Assembly (NCBI RefSeq): GCF_001429185.1
Contig: NZ_LMIW01000001.1
Location: forward strand, 582,439-646,438
From: Terrabacter sp. Root85
Lineage (GTDB): Bacteria > Actinomycetota > Actinomycetes > Actinomycetales > Dermatophilaceae
DNA: 64,000 nt
Direction: 5' to 3'
The notes under the pieces were generated by a model that was not told where the DNA came from, did no database searches, and saw only the letters and a program-made list of their open reading frames with translations. Shown one piece after another: positions 38,498 through 47,868 of the stretch; position 1 is the stretch's first letter, and every line of letters begins with the position of its first letter. The position numbers were made by a program, and so were the translations under genes.

Positions 38498-39958
38498 ATG
38501 GCCCCCCCGCACACCCCCGCTCGACGAGCCGTCCTCGCCCTCAGCACCCTCGTGGCCGGCCTGGGCCTCGCGGTCAGCTCCGTCGGGGCCGCGGCAGGCG
38601 CCGCCGCCTACCTCTACGTGGGCGGCGGCGGCTGCTCGGACACCGGTGCAGGCACGGCCGCGGTGCCGTTCTGCACCATCGCCAAGGCCGCGAAGGTCGC
38701 CGTCGCGGGGCAGACGGTGCTCGTGTCCTCGGGGACGTACACCGACGAGGTGTTCCCCTGGCACTCCGGCACCGCCGGCTCCCCCATCATCTTCCAGCCG
38801 GCCGCGGGCGCGGTCGTCACCATCGCGGGGGCCAAGCACGGTTTCACGATCTCCAACCAGAGCTGGATCACCGTGTCGGGCTTCACCGTCCGGGACACCA
38901 CGAGCAACGCGTTCTACGTCTTCAACGCGACCGGCGTCCGGCTGTCGAACAACACGGCGCGGGGGTCGGGTAGCCCCGTGGCGGGCGCCACGGCATACGG
39001 CATGTACCTCAACTCGATGACCGGCTCGGTCGTCACCGGCAACCTCGTCACGGACAACTCGGCCTCCGGCATCTACCTGACGAACGGCTCGACCGGCAAC
39101 CAGATCACGGGCAACGAGAGCTCGTGGAACGCGTACGGCTACGTGCGCAACGCGGTCGGGATCGACCTGCGGGCGCCCGGCAACCTCGTGAGCGGGAACC
39201 GCGTCCACGACAACGAGGACTCCGGCATCCAGTCCTACCCGGGCGGCGACCGCAACACGATCGTCGACAACGTCAGCTACCACAACAAGGGGTTCACGAC
39301 CGCGGCCCTGACGAACTGCAGCGCCCCGCCGACCGGCAACACGGCCGGGTGCATCACCGGCGACCACGGCATCGACGACTTCGGCGTCACCGGCAGCTCG
39401 GTCGTCGGCAACACCGTCTACGACAACGTGGCGGCCGGCATCAACCTCGAAGGCGTGGCGTCGGGCACCCCGAGCGGGTTCACGTTCGCCGACAACATCT
39501 CGGTCGACAACGCCGCCTCGTGCCCCGACGGCGCGGGCGGCACGGTGAAGTGTCCCCGGACGAGAGGTGACATCCGCGTCGACGCGACGTCGCAGCTCGG
39601 CACGAGACTCGACTACGACCTCGTCAACCTCAGTGTCAGCGGCACGATGATGGTCTGGGGATCGACGTCCTACACGTCCTTGGCGGCGTTCCAGGCGGCG
39701 AGCGGACAGGAGTCGCACGCACGGCAGGCCGACCCTCGCTGGAACGGACCGGCGCAGGCCGACTTCAGCCTCCGCGCAGGGTCGCCGGCGATCGACTCGG
39801 CCGACTCGGGCGCGCCCGGCCAGCCGGCGCTCGATGCCGCCGGCCGTCCTCGGGTCGACGACCCGAGCACCCCGAACAGCGGGATCGGCGTGCGCTCCTA
39901 CGACGACCGCGGCGCCTTCGAGTACCAACCTCCGACCACGAGAGGGGCGACATCATGA
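38498..39958 (+). CDS. secreted right-handed parallel beta-helix repeat protein (pectin-lyase-fold / NosD-like)
   Basis: Signal peptide (MAPPHTPARRAVLALSTLVAGLGLAVSSVGAAAG). Multiple beta-helix repeats of the form xNxxxGNxxxxN (NNTARGS, VTGNLVTDN, ITGNESSWN, VSGNRVHDN, IVDNVSYHN, VVGNTVYDN, FADNISVDN). Confidence 0.7.
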   Translation: MAPPHTPARRAVLALSTLVAGLGLAVSSVGAAAGAAAYLYVGGGGCSDTGAGTAAVPFCTIAKAAKVAVAGQTVLVSSGTYTDEVFPWHSGTAGSPIIFQPAAGAVVTIAGAKHGFTISNQSWITVSGFTVRDTTSNAFYVFNATGVRLSNNTARGSGSPVAGATAYGMYLNSMTGSVVTGNLVTDNSASGIYLTNGSTGNQITGNESSWNAYGYVRNAVGIDLRAPGNLVSGNRVHDNEDSGIQSYPGGDRNTIVDNVSYHNKGFTTAALTNCSAPPTGNTAGCITGDHGIDDFGVTGSSVVGNTVYDNVAAGINLEGVASGTPSGFTFADNISVDNAASCPDGAGGTVKCPRTRGDIRVDATSQLGTRLDYDLVNLSVSGTMMVWGSTSYTSLAAFQAASGQESHARQADPRWNGPAQADFSLRAGSPAIDSADSGAPGQPALDAAGRPRVDDPSTPNSGIGVRSYDDRGAFEYQPPTTRGATS

Positions 39959-40413
39959 GCGCGTCGACGACCTCCACCCACCGCTGGCAGCTCCTGCTCG
40001 GCGTCGCTCTGACGATTGTCGTCGCGCTCGGGTCAGCCTTCGTCCTCACCGGCGCCACACGCGGGGCCGCCCCTGCCGCGCAGAGCGCCGCAGCCCAGCC
40101 GCTCGGCGGTGACTGCCCCGACATCGGGTCGCTCGTCGCGGCCGCCTCGACGACGACCGCGTCGACGACCGCGACGACGCACGGCGCGTCCGCGGCGGCC
40201 GTCCGTGCCGGGCTCGACACCGTTCTCTCCCGGGCCAGGGGCCTCGCGAGGACGACGGCCTCCGACGACGCCCGCGAGTCCGTGCAGAACCTCGCCGACG
40301 ACCTGGCCGCCTACCGGCTCAGTATGACCCGACCGGCCACCGACCGCCACGCCGACATCGCCGCGACCGTCCGCGCCGACCTGACCGCCCTGCGTCGGCT
40401 CTGCGGACACTGA
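39955..40413 (+). CDS. hypothetical membrane-anchored protein
   Basis: ATGA overlap with the beta-helix gene. N-terminal TM helix (WQLLLGVALTIVVALGSAFVL). 152 aa. Confidence 0.5.
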   Translation: MSASTTSTHRWQLLLGVALTIVVALGSAFVLTGATRGAAPAAQSAAAQPLGGDCPDIGSLVAAASTTTASTTATTHGASAAAVRAGLDTVLSRARGLARTTASDDARESVQNLADDLAAYRLSMTRPATDRHADIAATVRADLTALRRLCGH

Positions 40414-40490
40414 GGCTCCGTCAAACGACGTAGACGCGGGTCAGGCCCACGCGGGTGTCCAGCGGACGCGCGGCAGCGGATCGTCGAGGC

Positions 40491-42080
40491 ATGAACGGAC
40501 CACTCGTCACCTCCCTCGGCCACGCCGGTCTGCGCATCGACGCGCCCGGCATGCGGATGCTGTGCGACCCGTGGATGTCGCCACGCGGCGCGTTCCTCGG
40601 GTCCTGGTTCCCGTTCCCCGACAACGCGCACGTGCGGACACCGCAAATGCTCGATGCCGACTGGGTCGCCATCTCGCACGAGCACCTCGACCACTTGGAT
40701 CTGCCGCTGCTGCAGGGCCTTTCGCCATCGACGCGTCTCGTCATACCGCGCTACCCCTCGAGGGAGATGCGCAACCGCATCGCGGGTGCGGGCATCTGCA
40801 ACGTCGTCATCGAGCTCGACGCGTGGGAGCGGCTGGCCCTGAACGACCGCGGCGACTGGGTCACCGTCATCCCCGAGCTGAGCCCGATGTGCCACGACGC
40901 CGCGATCCTCGTCCACGTCGACGGGCACGCCGTGCTGCACACCAACGACGCGCGTCTCAGCGTCAGCCAGCTCCGCCGGGCCGCCGAGGAGTGCGGGCGT
41001 CCCCTCGACGTCATGGGGGTGCAGATGTCCGGGGCCTCGTGGCACCCCATCTGCTACGACTACCCGCGCGAGGTCGTCGAGCGGATCAGCTCCGAGAAGC
41101 GCTTGGGCAAGTTCCGCGCGGTGACCCGCCTGCTGCGGTCGGCGCCGCCGAAGATCGTCATGCCCTATGCCGGCCCGCCCGCCTTCCTCGACCCCGCCCT
41201 CGCGCACCACAACGCCGCGGTGCAGGCCCCCGGCATCTTCCCCGACCAGGCCCAGGCGCTGGCGTTCCTGCGCGACCGGCTCCCGGGCCAGACCTCGCTC
41301 TACCTGCTGCCCGGCGACCGCCTCCACGTCGGGCCCGGTGACGTCGAGCGCGACCCGAGGTGGGCCGACTTCTCCTTCGACGACACCTCCGAGTACCTCA
41401 GGGCGTATGCCGCCCGGCGCGCCGACGAGATCGCCGCGGTGTACGCAGAGCTGCCGGACCCCCCTCCGGAGAGCCGGATGGGCGAGCGCTTCCGCGACCA
41501 CTTCCTCGCGCTCGGAGCCCTGTCCGGCTACTTCCTGCAGAGGATCGGCATGACGGTGCGGTTCGAGGTCGTCGGCCGAGCGGGCGGCACGTGGGACGTG
41601 CGGCTGGGGCCCGAGACGACGGAGGTGGACCTGTCCCCCGTCGGTGGGACGCCCGGCTACCACCTGACGGTCGAGGCCCGCTGGCTCGACGCGGTGCTCA
41701 CGGGTCGCATCCGGTGGGAGGACCTCTTCCTCTCGCTGCGCATCCGCGCCAGCCGGGATCCCGACGTCTACAACGACTACCTCGTCGGCCTGCTCAAGCA
41801 CGCGGACCGGGACGCCCTCGAGGCCGTCGAGGGGTACGAGACGAGCCGCGACCCGGCCGAGACGGTCGTGCTCTCCGACGGCCGGACGGACTACGTCGTG
41901 AGCCGCTACTGCCCCCACGCCGGCGAGGACCTCCAGTACGGCGGCGTCGTCCGCGACGGGAGACTCCGGTGCCTCGGGCACAACTTCGAGTTCGACCTCG
42001 AGACCGGGACCTGCCTCAACGCCAGGTGCGACCCGCTCCAGGTGACCCGGGCGCCGGCGCCGCTGCCGGCCGGTCGCTGA
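40491..42080 (+). CDS. MBL-fold metallo-hydrolase domain fused to C-terminal Rieske [2Fe-2S] domain
   Basis: ATG at 40491. MBL HxHxDH motif (ISHEHLDHLD). C-terminal Rieske CxH...CxxH (CPHAGEDL...17 aa...CLGHNFEFD). Confidence 0.7.
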   Translation: MNGPLVTSLGHAGLRIDAPGMRMLCDPWMSPRGAFLGSWFPFPDNAHVRTPQMLDADWVAISHEHLDHLDLPLLQGLSPSTRLVIPRYPSREMRNRIAGAGICNVVIELDAWERLALNDRGDWVTVIPELSPMCHDAAILVHVDGHAVLHTNDARLSVSQLRRAAEECGRPLDVMGVQMSGASWHPICYDYPREVVERISSEKRLGKFRAVTRLLRSAPPKIVMPYAGPPAFLDPALAHHNAAVQAPGIFPDQAQALAFLRDRLPGQTSLYLLPGDRLHVGPGDVERDPRWADFSFDDTSEYLRAYAARRADEIAAVYAELPDPPPESRMGERFRDHFLALGALSGYFLQRIGMTVRFEVVGRAGGTWDVRLGPETTEVDLSPVGGTPGYHLTVEARWLDAVLTGRIRWEDLFLSLRIRASRDPDVYNDYLVGLLKHADRDALEAVEGYETSRDPAETVVLSDGRTDYVVSRYCPHAGEDLQYGGVVRDGRLRCLGHNFEFDLETGTCLNARCDPLQVTRAPAPLPAGR

Positions 42081-42123
42081 GGCAGGGACCGGAGGGGCGG
42101 GTCGTCGCGTCGTCGGCGGCGGT

Positions 42124-42768
42124 TCACTGGGGGTGGAGCAGGTAGACCGCGGTCTCGAGCAGCAAGGCCACGGTGCGCGACAGCGACGGAGCGCAGAGGT
42201 AGCCGGCATCGAGGTCCACCCGGCGCGGGACGACGTGCTCCAGGTACCACGTCTCGGGGTCCGGGGCGGGCGCGGAGGAGACCGCGGCGAGCGGTGGCTC
42301 GAGCACCCGTGAGTCGCGCATCCTGATCTGCGCCGGTCCAGTCAGTCCCGGTGTGGCCTCGAGCACCCAGCGGCACCCGGACGGGTAGCGGCGCGCCAAC
42401 GCGACCGTCTCGGGCCTGGGGCCGACGAGGGTCATCTCGCCGCGAAGGACGTTGAGCAGCTGCGGCAGCTCGTCGAGCGAGGTGCGCCGGAGCAGGGCCC
42501 CGACCCTCGTGACGCGAGGGTCGCGCCCCATCGTGATGTCGAGACCCTCGCCACCCGAGGTCATGGTGCGCAGCTTGAGGATGGTGAAGGGGCGTCCGCC
42601 CGCGCCGACCCGCTCCTGGCGGAACAGCACGGGCCCCGGGCTCGTCGTGCGGATCGCGACCGCCGCCGCCACGACGACCGGCGCGCTCAGCACGAGGGCC
42701 ACCGCGGCGACCACGACGTCAAGTGCCCGACGAGCGCGGCTGACCCGAGTGGATTCCGTCGTGCTCAG
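42124..42768 (-). CDS. sugar transferase (Bac_transf / polyprenyl-phosphate hexose-1-phosphate transferase, small type)
   Basis: Bac_transf signature (RALDVVVAAVALVLSAPVVVAAAVAIRTTSPGPVLFRQERVGAGGRPFTILKLRTM...DELPQLLNVLRGEMTLVGPRP). Start ambiguous: CTG overlapping the upstream stop, or a GTG 18 codons in. The 566-aa listed ORF is a two-gene read-through artefact. Confidence 0.65.
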   Translation of the reverse strand: MSTTESTRVSRARRALDVVVAAVALVLSAPVVVAAAVAIRTTSPGPVLFRQERVGAGGRPFTILKLRTMTSGGEGLDITMGRDPRVTRVGALLRRTSLDELPQLLNVLRGEMTLVGPRPETVALARRYPSGCRWVLEATPGLTGPAQIRMRDSRVLEPPLAAVSSAPAPDPETWYLEHVVPRRVDLDAGYLCAPSLSRTVALLLETAVYLLHPQ

Positions 42769-43775
42769 CCGGTCCCGGCCGCGACGAAGACGACGTCGAA
42801 CTGGCTCGTCACCGCGCGGACGTCGTGTCCCCGGTCCACCACGTAGGCCGACGGCGTCATGTGTGTCCACAGCCGCGCTCCCTTCTTCCGCCTCTGCTCC
42901 AGCGCCCTGGTCAGCGCGTTCGGGACGTCCCCCGGGTCGACGAGGGTGACGAGCTGGCCGCGGTAGTGCTGCGCCCAGGTCCAGATGTCGACCGCTCTCG
43001 CCCCCTCGGCGAGGGGGATGTCCACGTAGGTGTGCACGTCGGCCTCGGCGCGCGCGACGTCGCCGGGATACGCCCCGGGGTGAGCCAGTGCCTTGCGCGC
43101 CTGGAGGGTCACCCGGGTGCCCCACCGGCGTACGGCCTCGCGCCAGCTCTGCTGCATCGCGTCGTCGCGGGAGCTGCCCTGGGAGGCGTACCAGGCATCG
43201 TCCTGCAGACCCGGGCTGAGGTCGATGACGTCCACCCCGGAGGCGGCGTAGCCGTCGACCGCGGCGAGGCTCGCTCCGGGGCTCGTGCTCGCGGAGCCGG
43301 CACCGCACATGCGCATGACCGCCGTGGACGAGGCGGTCCACGACAGGCAGCCCAGCTCGGGGACGACCACGTCGATGAGCACCTTCGTGCCGGGCGAGGA
43401 GGCGTGGATGTCGGCGACGGTGCGCCTCAGCATGTCCGCCGCCTGTTCCGGGGTCGTGCCGTCGTGGTAGCCGAGCTCGTCGGCGACCTTGATGCCGGCC
43501 ACCCCTCGGCGGCGCGCGAGAGCGAGGGCGGTGCCGAGAACCTGGCGGTAACGGGTCGGTCCTGCGAGGTAGGCCTTGACGACGTCGGACTCGACCCAGA
43601 CGCCGGTCCCCGTCGCGCTGAGGTCGTCGACGAGCTCGGCGTACCGTCCGTCCGTCGGCGTCTGGGTGCCGAGGACGCTCGCCGCCCGTGGGGTCGCGCT
43701 CGGGGCCGGCGCACCGCAGCCGCCGGCGAGAAGGGCCGACGCCGCGACGACCGAGGCCAGCACGCGCCTGGTCAT
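42765..43775 (-). CDS. lipoprotein of unknown function (possible polysaccharide-processing protein)
   Basis: ATG at 43775 (MTRRVLASVVAASALLAGGCG, signal peptide plus lipobox). 336 aa. ATGA overlap with the flippase stop. Confidence 0.55.
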   Translation of the reverse strand: MTRRVLASVVAASALLAGGCGAPAPSATPRAASVLGTQTPTDGRYAELVDDLSATGTGVWVESDVVKAYLAGPTRYRQVLGTALALARRRGVAGIKVADELGYHDGTTPEQAADMLRRTVADIHASSPGTKVLIDVVVPELGCLSWTASSTAVMRMCGAGSASTSPGASLAAVDGYAASGVDVIDLSPGLQDDAWYASQGSSRDDAMQQSWREAVRRWGTRVTLQARKALAHPGAYPGDVARAEADVHTYVDIPLAEGARAVDIWTWAQHYRGQLVTLVDPGDVPNALTRALEQRRKKGARLWTHMTPSAYVVDRGHDVRAVTSQFDVVFVAAGTG

Positions 43776-45058
43776 CGCGGGGTGCCTGCCGTGAGCCGTC
43801 GCACGACGAGCACGGTGCTGACATCGGTGACGAGGTAGGCGACGGCGCTGGCCACGGCTGCCCCGGTCACCCCGAACGACGGGATGAGGGCGAGGTCGAG
43901 TCCGAGTGTCGCGAGCAGGCCGACGGCCTGCAGCACCGAACCGGTGCCGGGACGCCGGGTCCCCAGCAGGTAGCCGCCGGCCAGGCCCCCCGCGGGTGAG
44001 GCGCAGAGGCCGACGGCGATGATGGCGGCCGGCACGACGGACGCGACGAACTCCTGACCGTAGAGGGCCGGCAGCAGGGGTCCCGCGGCGAGCGCCAGCA
44101 CGACGGCACCGACGATGCCCACGCCACCGAGCCACGGCAGCTGTCGACGCACGACCGTCGCGGAGGCCTCCGGCCCGAGGCGGGCGATCCGCGGATAGCT
44201 GACCCAGGTCACCGCGAGCGACGGCAGCCTGACGAGCTCGGCGAACTTCGAGGCCACGGCATACACGCCCAGCGGTGCCGGACCGGCGATGGAGCCCAGG
44301 ACGAGGAAGTCCAGGCGCAGGTTGAGCAGGTTGACCAGGCCGCCGACCTGACCGAGCAGGCCGAACGACACGATGCTGCGGCCGAGCGGGCGGTCGGGAC
44401 GCCCGGTCATCCGCATCCCCCGGCCGTGCACCTGGCGCACGAGACGGGCCCACCCCGCCCCGGCGACGACGACGTCGGCGACGATGAGCACGACGACGAG
44501 CAGCAGGGGCCCGCGCAGTCCGAGCAGCCAGGCGACACCGAAGGCGGGGAGGAAGGCTGCTTCCTCCCCGGCAGTGACCGCGTTGGACCCCTTCCGGTCG
44601 TCGAGCCCCTGGAGGCTCGACTTGGCGACGGCGAGCGGCAGCTGGGTCGCGACACTGACGCCGGCGAGGAGCATGACCAGCGGGCTCGCCGTCGGGAGCA
44701 GGACCGCATGGATGACGGGAACGAGCAGCAGCCACACCGCGGTGCCGATCCCCATGCCGGCGCCGAGCAGCACGAGGATCGTGGGCCACAGCCGCGGGTG
44801 CCCGGCGTGGGGGCCGGCGAGGAAGTAGCCCATCGCACCCGGCAGACCACAGGCGGCGAGGACGCCGACCAGACCCGGCAGGACGCGCAGCAGGGCGAGG
44901 ACCCCGACGTCCTCGGCGCCTCCGACCCGCGCGACGAGGATCGTGCCGATCCCGAGCGCGACCACGGCGACGAGCCGGGCGCCGAGGTTGTCGAGGACGG
45001 CCCGCCCCGGGATGCGGAGGCGACGGGAGGCGTGGCTCGGGTTGAGACGCACCGACAC
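43772..45058 (-). CDS. Wzx-like polysaccharide/oligosaccharide flippase (MOP superfamily)
   Basis: GTG at 45058 with GGGGAGG 7 nt upstream. About 12-14 TM helices, of the 'polysaccharide biosynthesis protein' type. Confidence 0.6.
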   Translation of the reverse strand: MSVRLNPSHASRRLRIPGRAVLDNLGARLVAVVALGIGTILVARVGGAEDVGVLALLRVLPGLVGVLAACGLPGAMGYFLAGPHAGHPRLWPTILVLLGAGMGIGTAVWLLLVPVIHAVLLPTASPLVMLLAGVSVATQLPLAVAKSSLQGLDDRKGSNAVTAGEEAAFLPAFGVAWLLGLRGPLLLVVVLIVADVVVAGAGWARLVRQVHGRGMRMTGRPDRPLGRSIVSFGLLGQVGGLVNLLNLRLDFLVLGSIAGPAPLGVYAVASKFAELVRLPSLAVTWVSYPRIARLGPEASATVVRRQLPWLGGVGIVGAVVLALAAGPLLPALYGQEFVASVVPAAIIAVGLCASPAGGLAGGYLLGTRRPGTGSVLQAVGLLATLGLDLALIPSFGVTGAAVASAVAYLVTDVSTVLVVRRLTAGTPR

Positions 45059-45059
45059 G

Positions 45060-46451
45060 TCATCGCCTCCCCGGAACGGAGGCGGGCAGGACCTCCGGAG
45101 CCGGTCGCCGCGACACGGCCACATCGGCGAGGATCAGGTCGAGACCGGCGACGAGGCCCAGGACCGCCCACAGGTGCCGGAAGTGCAGCACCTCGTAGAA
45201 GAGGCCCGACATGAGGAACGCCGCGCCGAGGGCGGCGAGGAAGTGCGGCGACGGGACGAGCCGCGTCACCGGCCCCGGGTCGCCGCTGCGTCCCCGACCT
45301 CCCTCGGCCACGCCACGTCCCCGGCGTCCCGCGACGCGCGCCAGCCGTGCCGCCACGGACGCGAGCAGGACGACGAGGCCGACGCCTCCGATGAGGCCGA
45401 GCTCGACGAGCGTCGCCACGTAGTCGTTGTGCGCCTCCTTGACGTAGGGAGCAGGGATCGACGCCAGGGCCTCCTTCGTCCGCCCGGGACCGACACCGAC
45501 CAGGGTCCCGTCCCAGAAGAGCCGGACGCCTTCGGAGAAGAGGACCTGCCGGTCCTGGCTCGACGAGTCCCCCCGACCGAACGAGTCGTGCAGGACCGGA
45601 CCACCGGCGGCGGCGCTCGCCTGCACCGACCCCCAGTCGACCGAGGTGACGACCAACCCGGCGGCCGCCGCCAGGACGCACGCGAGCCCGGTCGCGGCGA
45701 TGGCACCATGCGACCGCCATGACCCGACGACGACCCCGACGCCGAGGCCCACCAGCATGCCGAGCATGGCGCCGTTCGACCCGGTGAGGACGGTCGCGAC
45801 GACGAGGAGGAGCACGGTCGCAGCGCGCGCGAGGCGGCGGCGCGGGTGTCGCGAGGCGAGGACGACGAACAGGCAGGCGACGAAGTAGTTGCCGGCGAGG
45901 TTGGGGTCGCCGAAGGTCAGGGCGGACCGCGAGCCGTCCCGGGTGGTCTGGCCGGCGAGCCACGGGATCCCGGCGAGGCGACCGGCCACCAGCAGGCCGG
46001 CGCTGACGATCCCGCTCCAGCACCACGTGACGCACACGAGTCGGACGAGGGAGTGGTCGGCACGCACGGCGTTGGCGATGGTGGCGGCCCAGAGCAGGAG
46101 GAACAGGTCCTGTCCGAGGACCGTCGTCGAGAGGAGGTCCCGGCTGGCGAGCGCGGCGACGGCACCGGCCAGGACCAGGAGCCACATGCCTGCGGCGTAC
46201 GGCACGTGGAGGCGTACGCCGTTGCTCGACAGCCAGAGGAGCACCCCACCCATCGCGAGGAGGATGGGCAGGTCCGCAGGTGAGGTGTTGCCGGGACCGG
46301 TGGGCGTGAGGACCGGCATGCACGCGATGGCTGCGGCGATGAGGAGGCGCACGGACCGTGACGCCGGCACCACGGTCCGGCGCGCCGGCAGCGGTGCGGA
46401 CGCAGCGGCCCGTCCTGTCGTCGTGGGCGCAGCGGCCGCCGTCGTCGTCAC
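45060..46451 (-). CDS. O-antigen ligase / Wzy-like polymerase family membrane protein
   Basis: Wzy_C-type signature (EAHNDYVATLVELGLIGGVGLVVLL) within a polytopic membrane protein. GTG at 46451 with GGAGG upstream, in a GTGA overlap with the upstream stop. Confidence 0.65.
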   Translation of the reverse strand: MTTTAAAAPTTTGRAAASAPLPARRTVVPASRSVRLLIAAAIACMPVLTPTGPGNTSPADLPILLAMGGVLLWLSSNGVRLHVPYAAGMWLLVLAGAVAALASRDLLSTTVLGQDLFLLLWAATIANAVRADHSLVRLVCVTWCWSGIVSAGLLVAGRLAGIPWLAGQTTRDGSRSALTFGDPNLAGNYFVACLFVVLASRHPRRRLARAATVLLLVVATVLTGSNGAMLGMLVGLGVGVVVGSWRSHGAIAATGLACVLAAAAGLVVTSVDWGSVQASAAAGGPVLHDSFGRGDSSSQDRQVLFSEGVRLFWDGTLVGVGPGRTKEALASIPAPYVKEAHNDYVATLVELGLIGGVGLVVLLASVAARLARVAGRRGRGVAEGGRGRSGDPGPVTRLVPSPHFLAALGAAFLMSGLFYEVLHFRHLWAVLGLVAGLDLILADVAVSRRPAPEVLPASVPGRR

Positions 46452-47449
46452 GACCCCACCTCCGCGAGGAGGGACGCGTGGGCGCGGGCGAACGGCGGTG
46501 AGTCGCTCGTCGTCGCCACCTCGCCGAGACCCACGAGCACGGCGTCCCGCCAGGCCGTGGTGCTCGGGTCGCGCCCGAGCGCGGGCGCGATGAAGTCGGC
46601 CACACCGGCGGCATACCACCCCTCGCCCCTCAGCAGATGCCGCACGGGGTCACCCCATGCACCCGCGCGGAGGCCCGCGTGCCCGTGGACCCGGGCACCG
46701 CTCGGGGTGTGCCGGTCGAGGTAGAGCGTGTAGGCGAGGGCGAAACGCACGCGGTCCCACAGTGGGGATCCACCGAAGCGAGCGTGCTCCCAGTCGACGA
46801 CGCCGGTGACCCGACGACCCGTCCGCAGGAGGTTGCCGCACCAGAAGTCGCCGTGGGTGACGTGACCCGTGTCGAGGTCGCCCACCCGAGCCCTGGCGCG
46901 CCGGCACGCCTGCGCCGCCGCCATCCCGGCCTCGTCCGGCCAGCGGCTCTCGAGCGCAGCGGCGCCGTCGACCTCCGGCTGCGGCGGGACCGTGAGGCCG
47001 TGCAGCTGGGAGAGCCACCCGGCCGCCGCGTCGAAGTCGGCCCGCACGTCACGGCGACGGCCCGTGTGGTGCCAGCGGTGGTAGTCGACCGAGAACGGAC
47101 GACCCGACGAGACCGTCGTGACGAGGAACGTGCCGGCCACGGTCTCGTGCAGGGCGAGCAGGCGGGGGACCGTCCCGCCGACGAGACCGGGGTCGAGCTG
47201 CCCCAGCTGATCGAGTGCGGCGGCCTCGGCACGGACCGACCGGGCGGCCCCACCGGTCAGGGCCACCTTCACCGCGAGGACCGGCGTCGTCGCACCGGAG
47301 GGTGTCGCCATGACGACCGCCTTGGGATGGTCGTCCCGCGACATGGCCACGACCGCGAGCCGGACCGTCCGGTCGTCCAGGTGCCGCCGCAGGACGTCCT
47401 CGACGGCCCCGAGGTCGGGGAACGCCGTCTGCCTCGTCGACGTGGTCAT
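46448..47449 (-). CDS. phosphotransferase enzyme family protein (APH/choline-kinase-like kinase fold)
   Basis: ATG at 47449 (MTTSTRQTAFPDL...). Catalytic motif HGDFWCGNLL...VVDWEHARFG (HGDxxxxN...D). ATGA overlap with the upstream stop. Confidence 0.65.
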   Translation of the reverse strand: MTTSTRQTAFPDLGAVEDVLRRHLDDRTVRLAVVAMSRDDHPKAVVMATPSGATTPVLAVKVALTGGAARSVRAEAAALDQLGQLDPGLVGGTVPRLLALHETVAGTFLVTTVSSGRPFSVDYHRWHHTGRRRDVRADFDAAAGWLSQLHGLTVPPQPEVDGAAALESRWPDEAGMAAAQACRRARARVGDLDTGHVTHGDFWCGNLLRTGRRVTGVVDWEHARFGGSPLWDRVRFALAYTLYLDRHTPSGARVHGHAGLRAGAWGDPVRHLLRGEGWYAAGVADFIAPALGRDPSTTAWRDAVLVGLGEVATTSDSPPFARAHASLLAEVGS

Positions 47450-47868
47450 GGTCGGTGGACGATGACCATGCGCCCGGCCACGAGCGGACCGACCCAGCGG
47501 ACGAGGTGGCGGTTCCGGCCGAGGCACGTCGTGGCCGTGATGAGCAGGGATCCGCGGGACCGCCCCGGGGGGACGGTCGCGAAGGCGTTCCAGAACCACG
47601 TCAGGCTCTCGACCGAGTCCTCGACGACGAAGGCTGCCGTCCTCAGGCCCGGCAGCACGACGAGCTCACGGTCGACGACGAGGCCGGCGTCCCGTGCGAG
47701 ACGTGTCAGGCGCCTGGCGCTGAGCCGCCGCCCGTCGAGGAGGACGAGCCGCTTCGCCGACGACACTCCCGCGATCGCCGCCGCCGAGCCCCGTCGGGAG
47801 CCGCGGACCTCGACCACCGGCGTGCCACCCGGCACGAGCAGGGCCAGCGCGGCCTCGAGGGCGCTCAC
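47446..47868 (-). CDS. hypothetical protein (140 aa)
   Basis: GTG at 47868 with GGGGAGGG upstream, in a GTGA overlap with the GT4 stop. No recognisable family. The listed ORF 47446..48681 has a long antisense-like extension. Confidence 0.4.
   Translation of the reverse strand: MSALEAALALLVPGGTPVVEVRGSRRGSAAAIAGVSSAKRLVLLDGRRLSARRLTRLARDAGLVVDRELVVLPGLRTAAFVVEDSVESLTWFWNAFATVPPGRSRGSLLITATTCLGRNRHLVRWVGPLVAGRMVIVHRP

Noticed and set aside
42124-43824. 566-aa ORF suggesting one large protein
   Set aside because: Its C-terminal 214 aa are a sugar transferase. The upstream part is simply an alternative frame across the lipoprotein gene (42765..43775). The two are separate, coupled genes.
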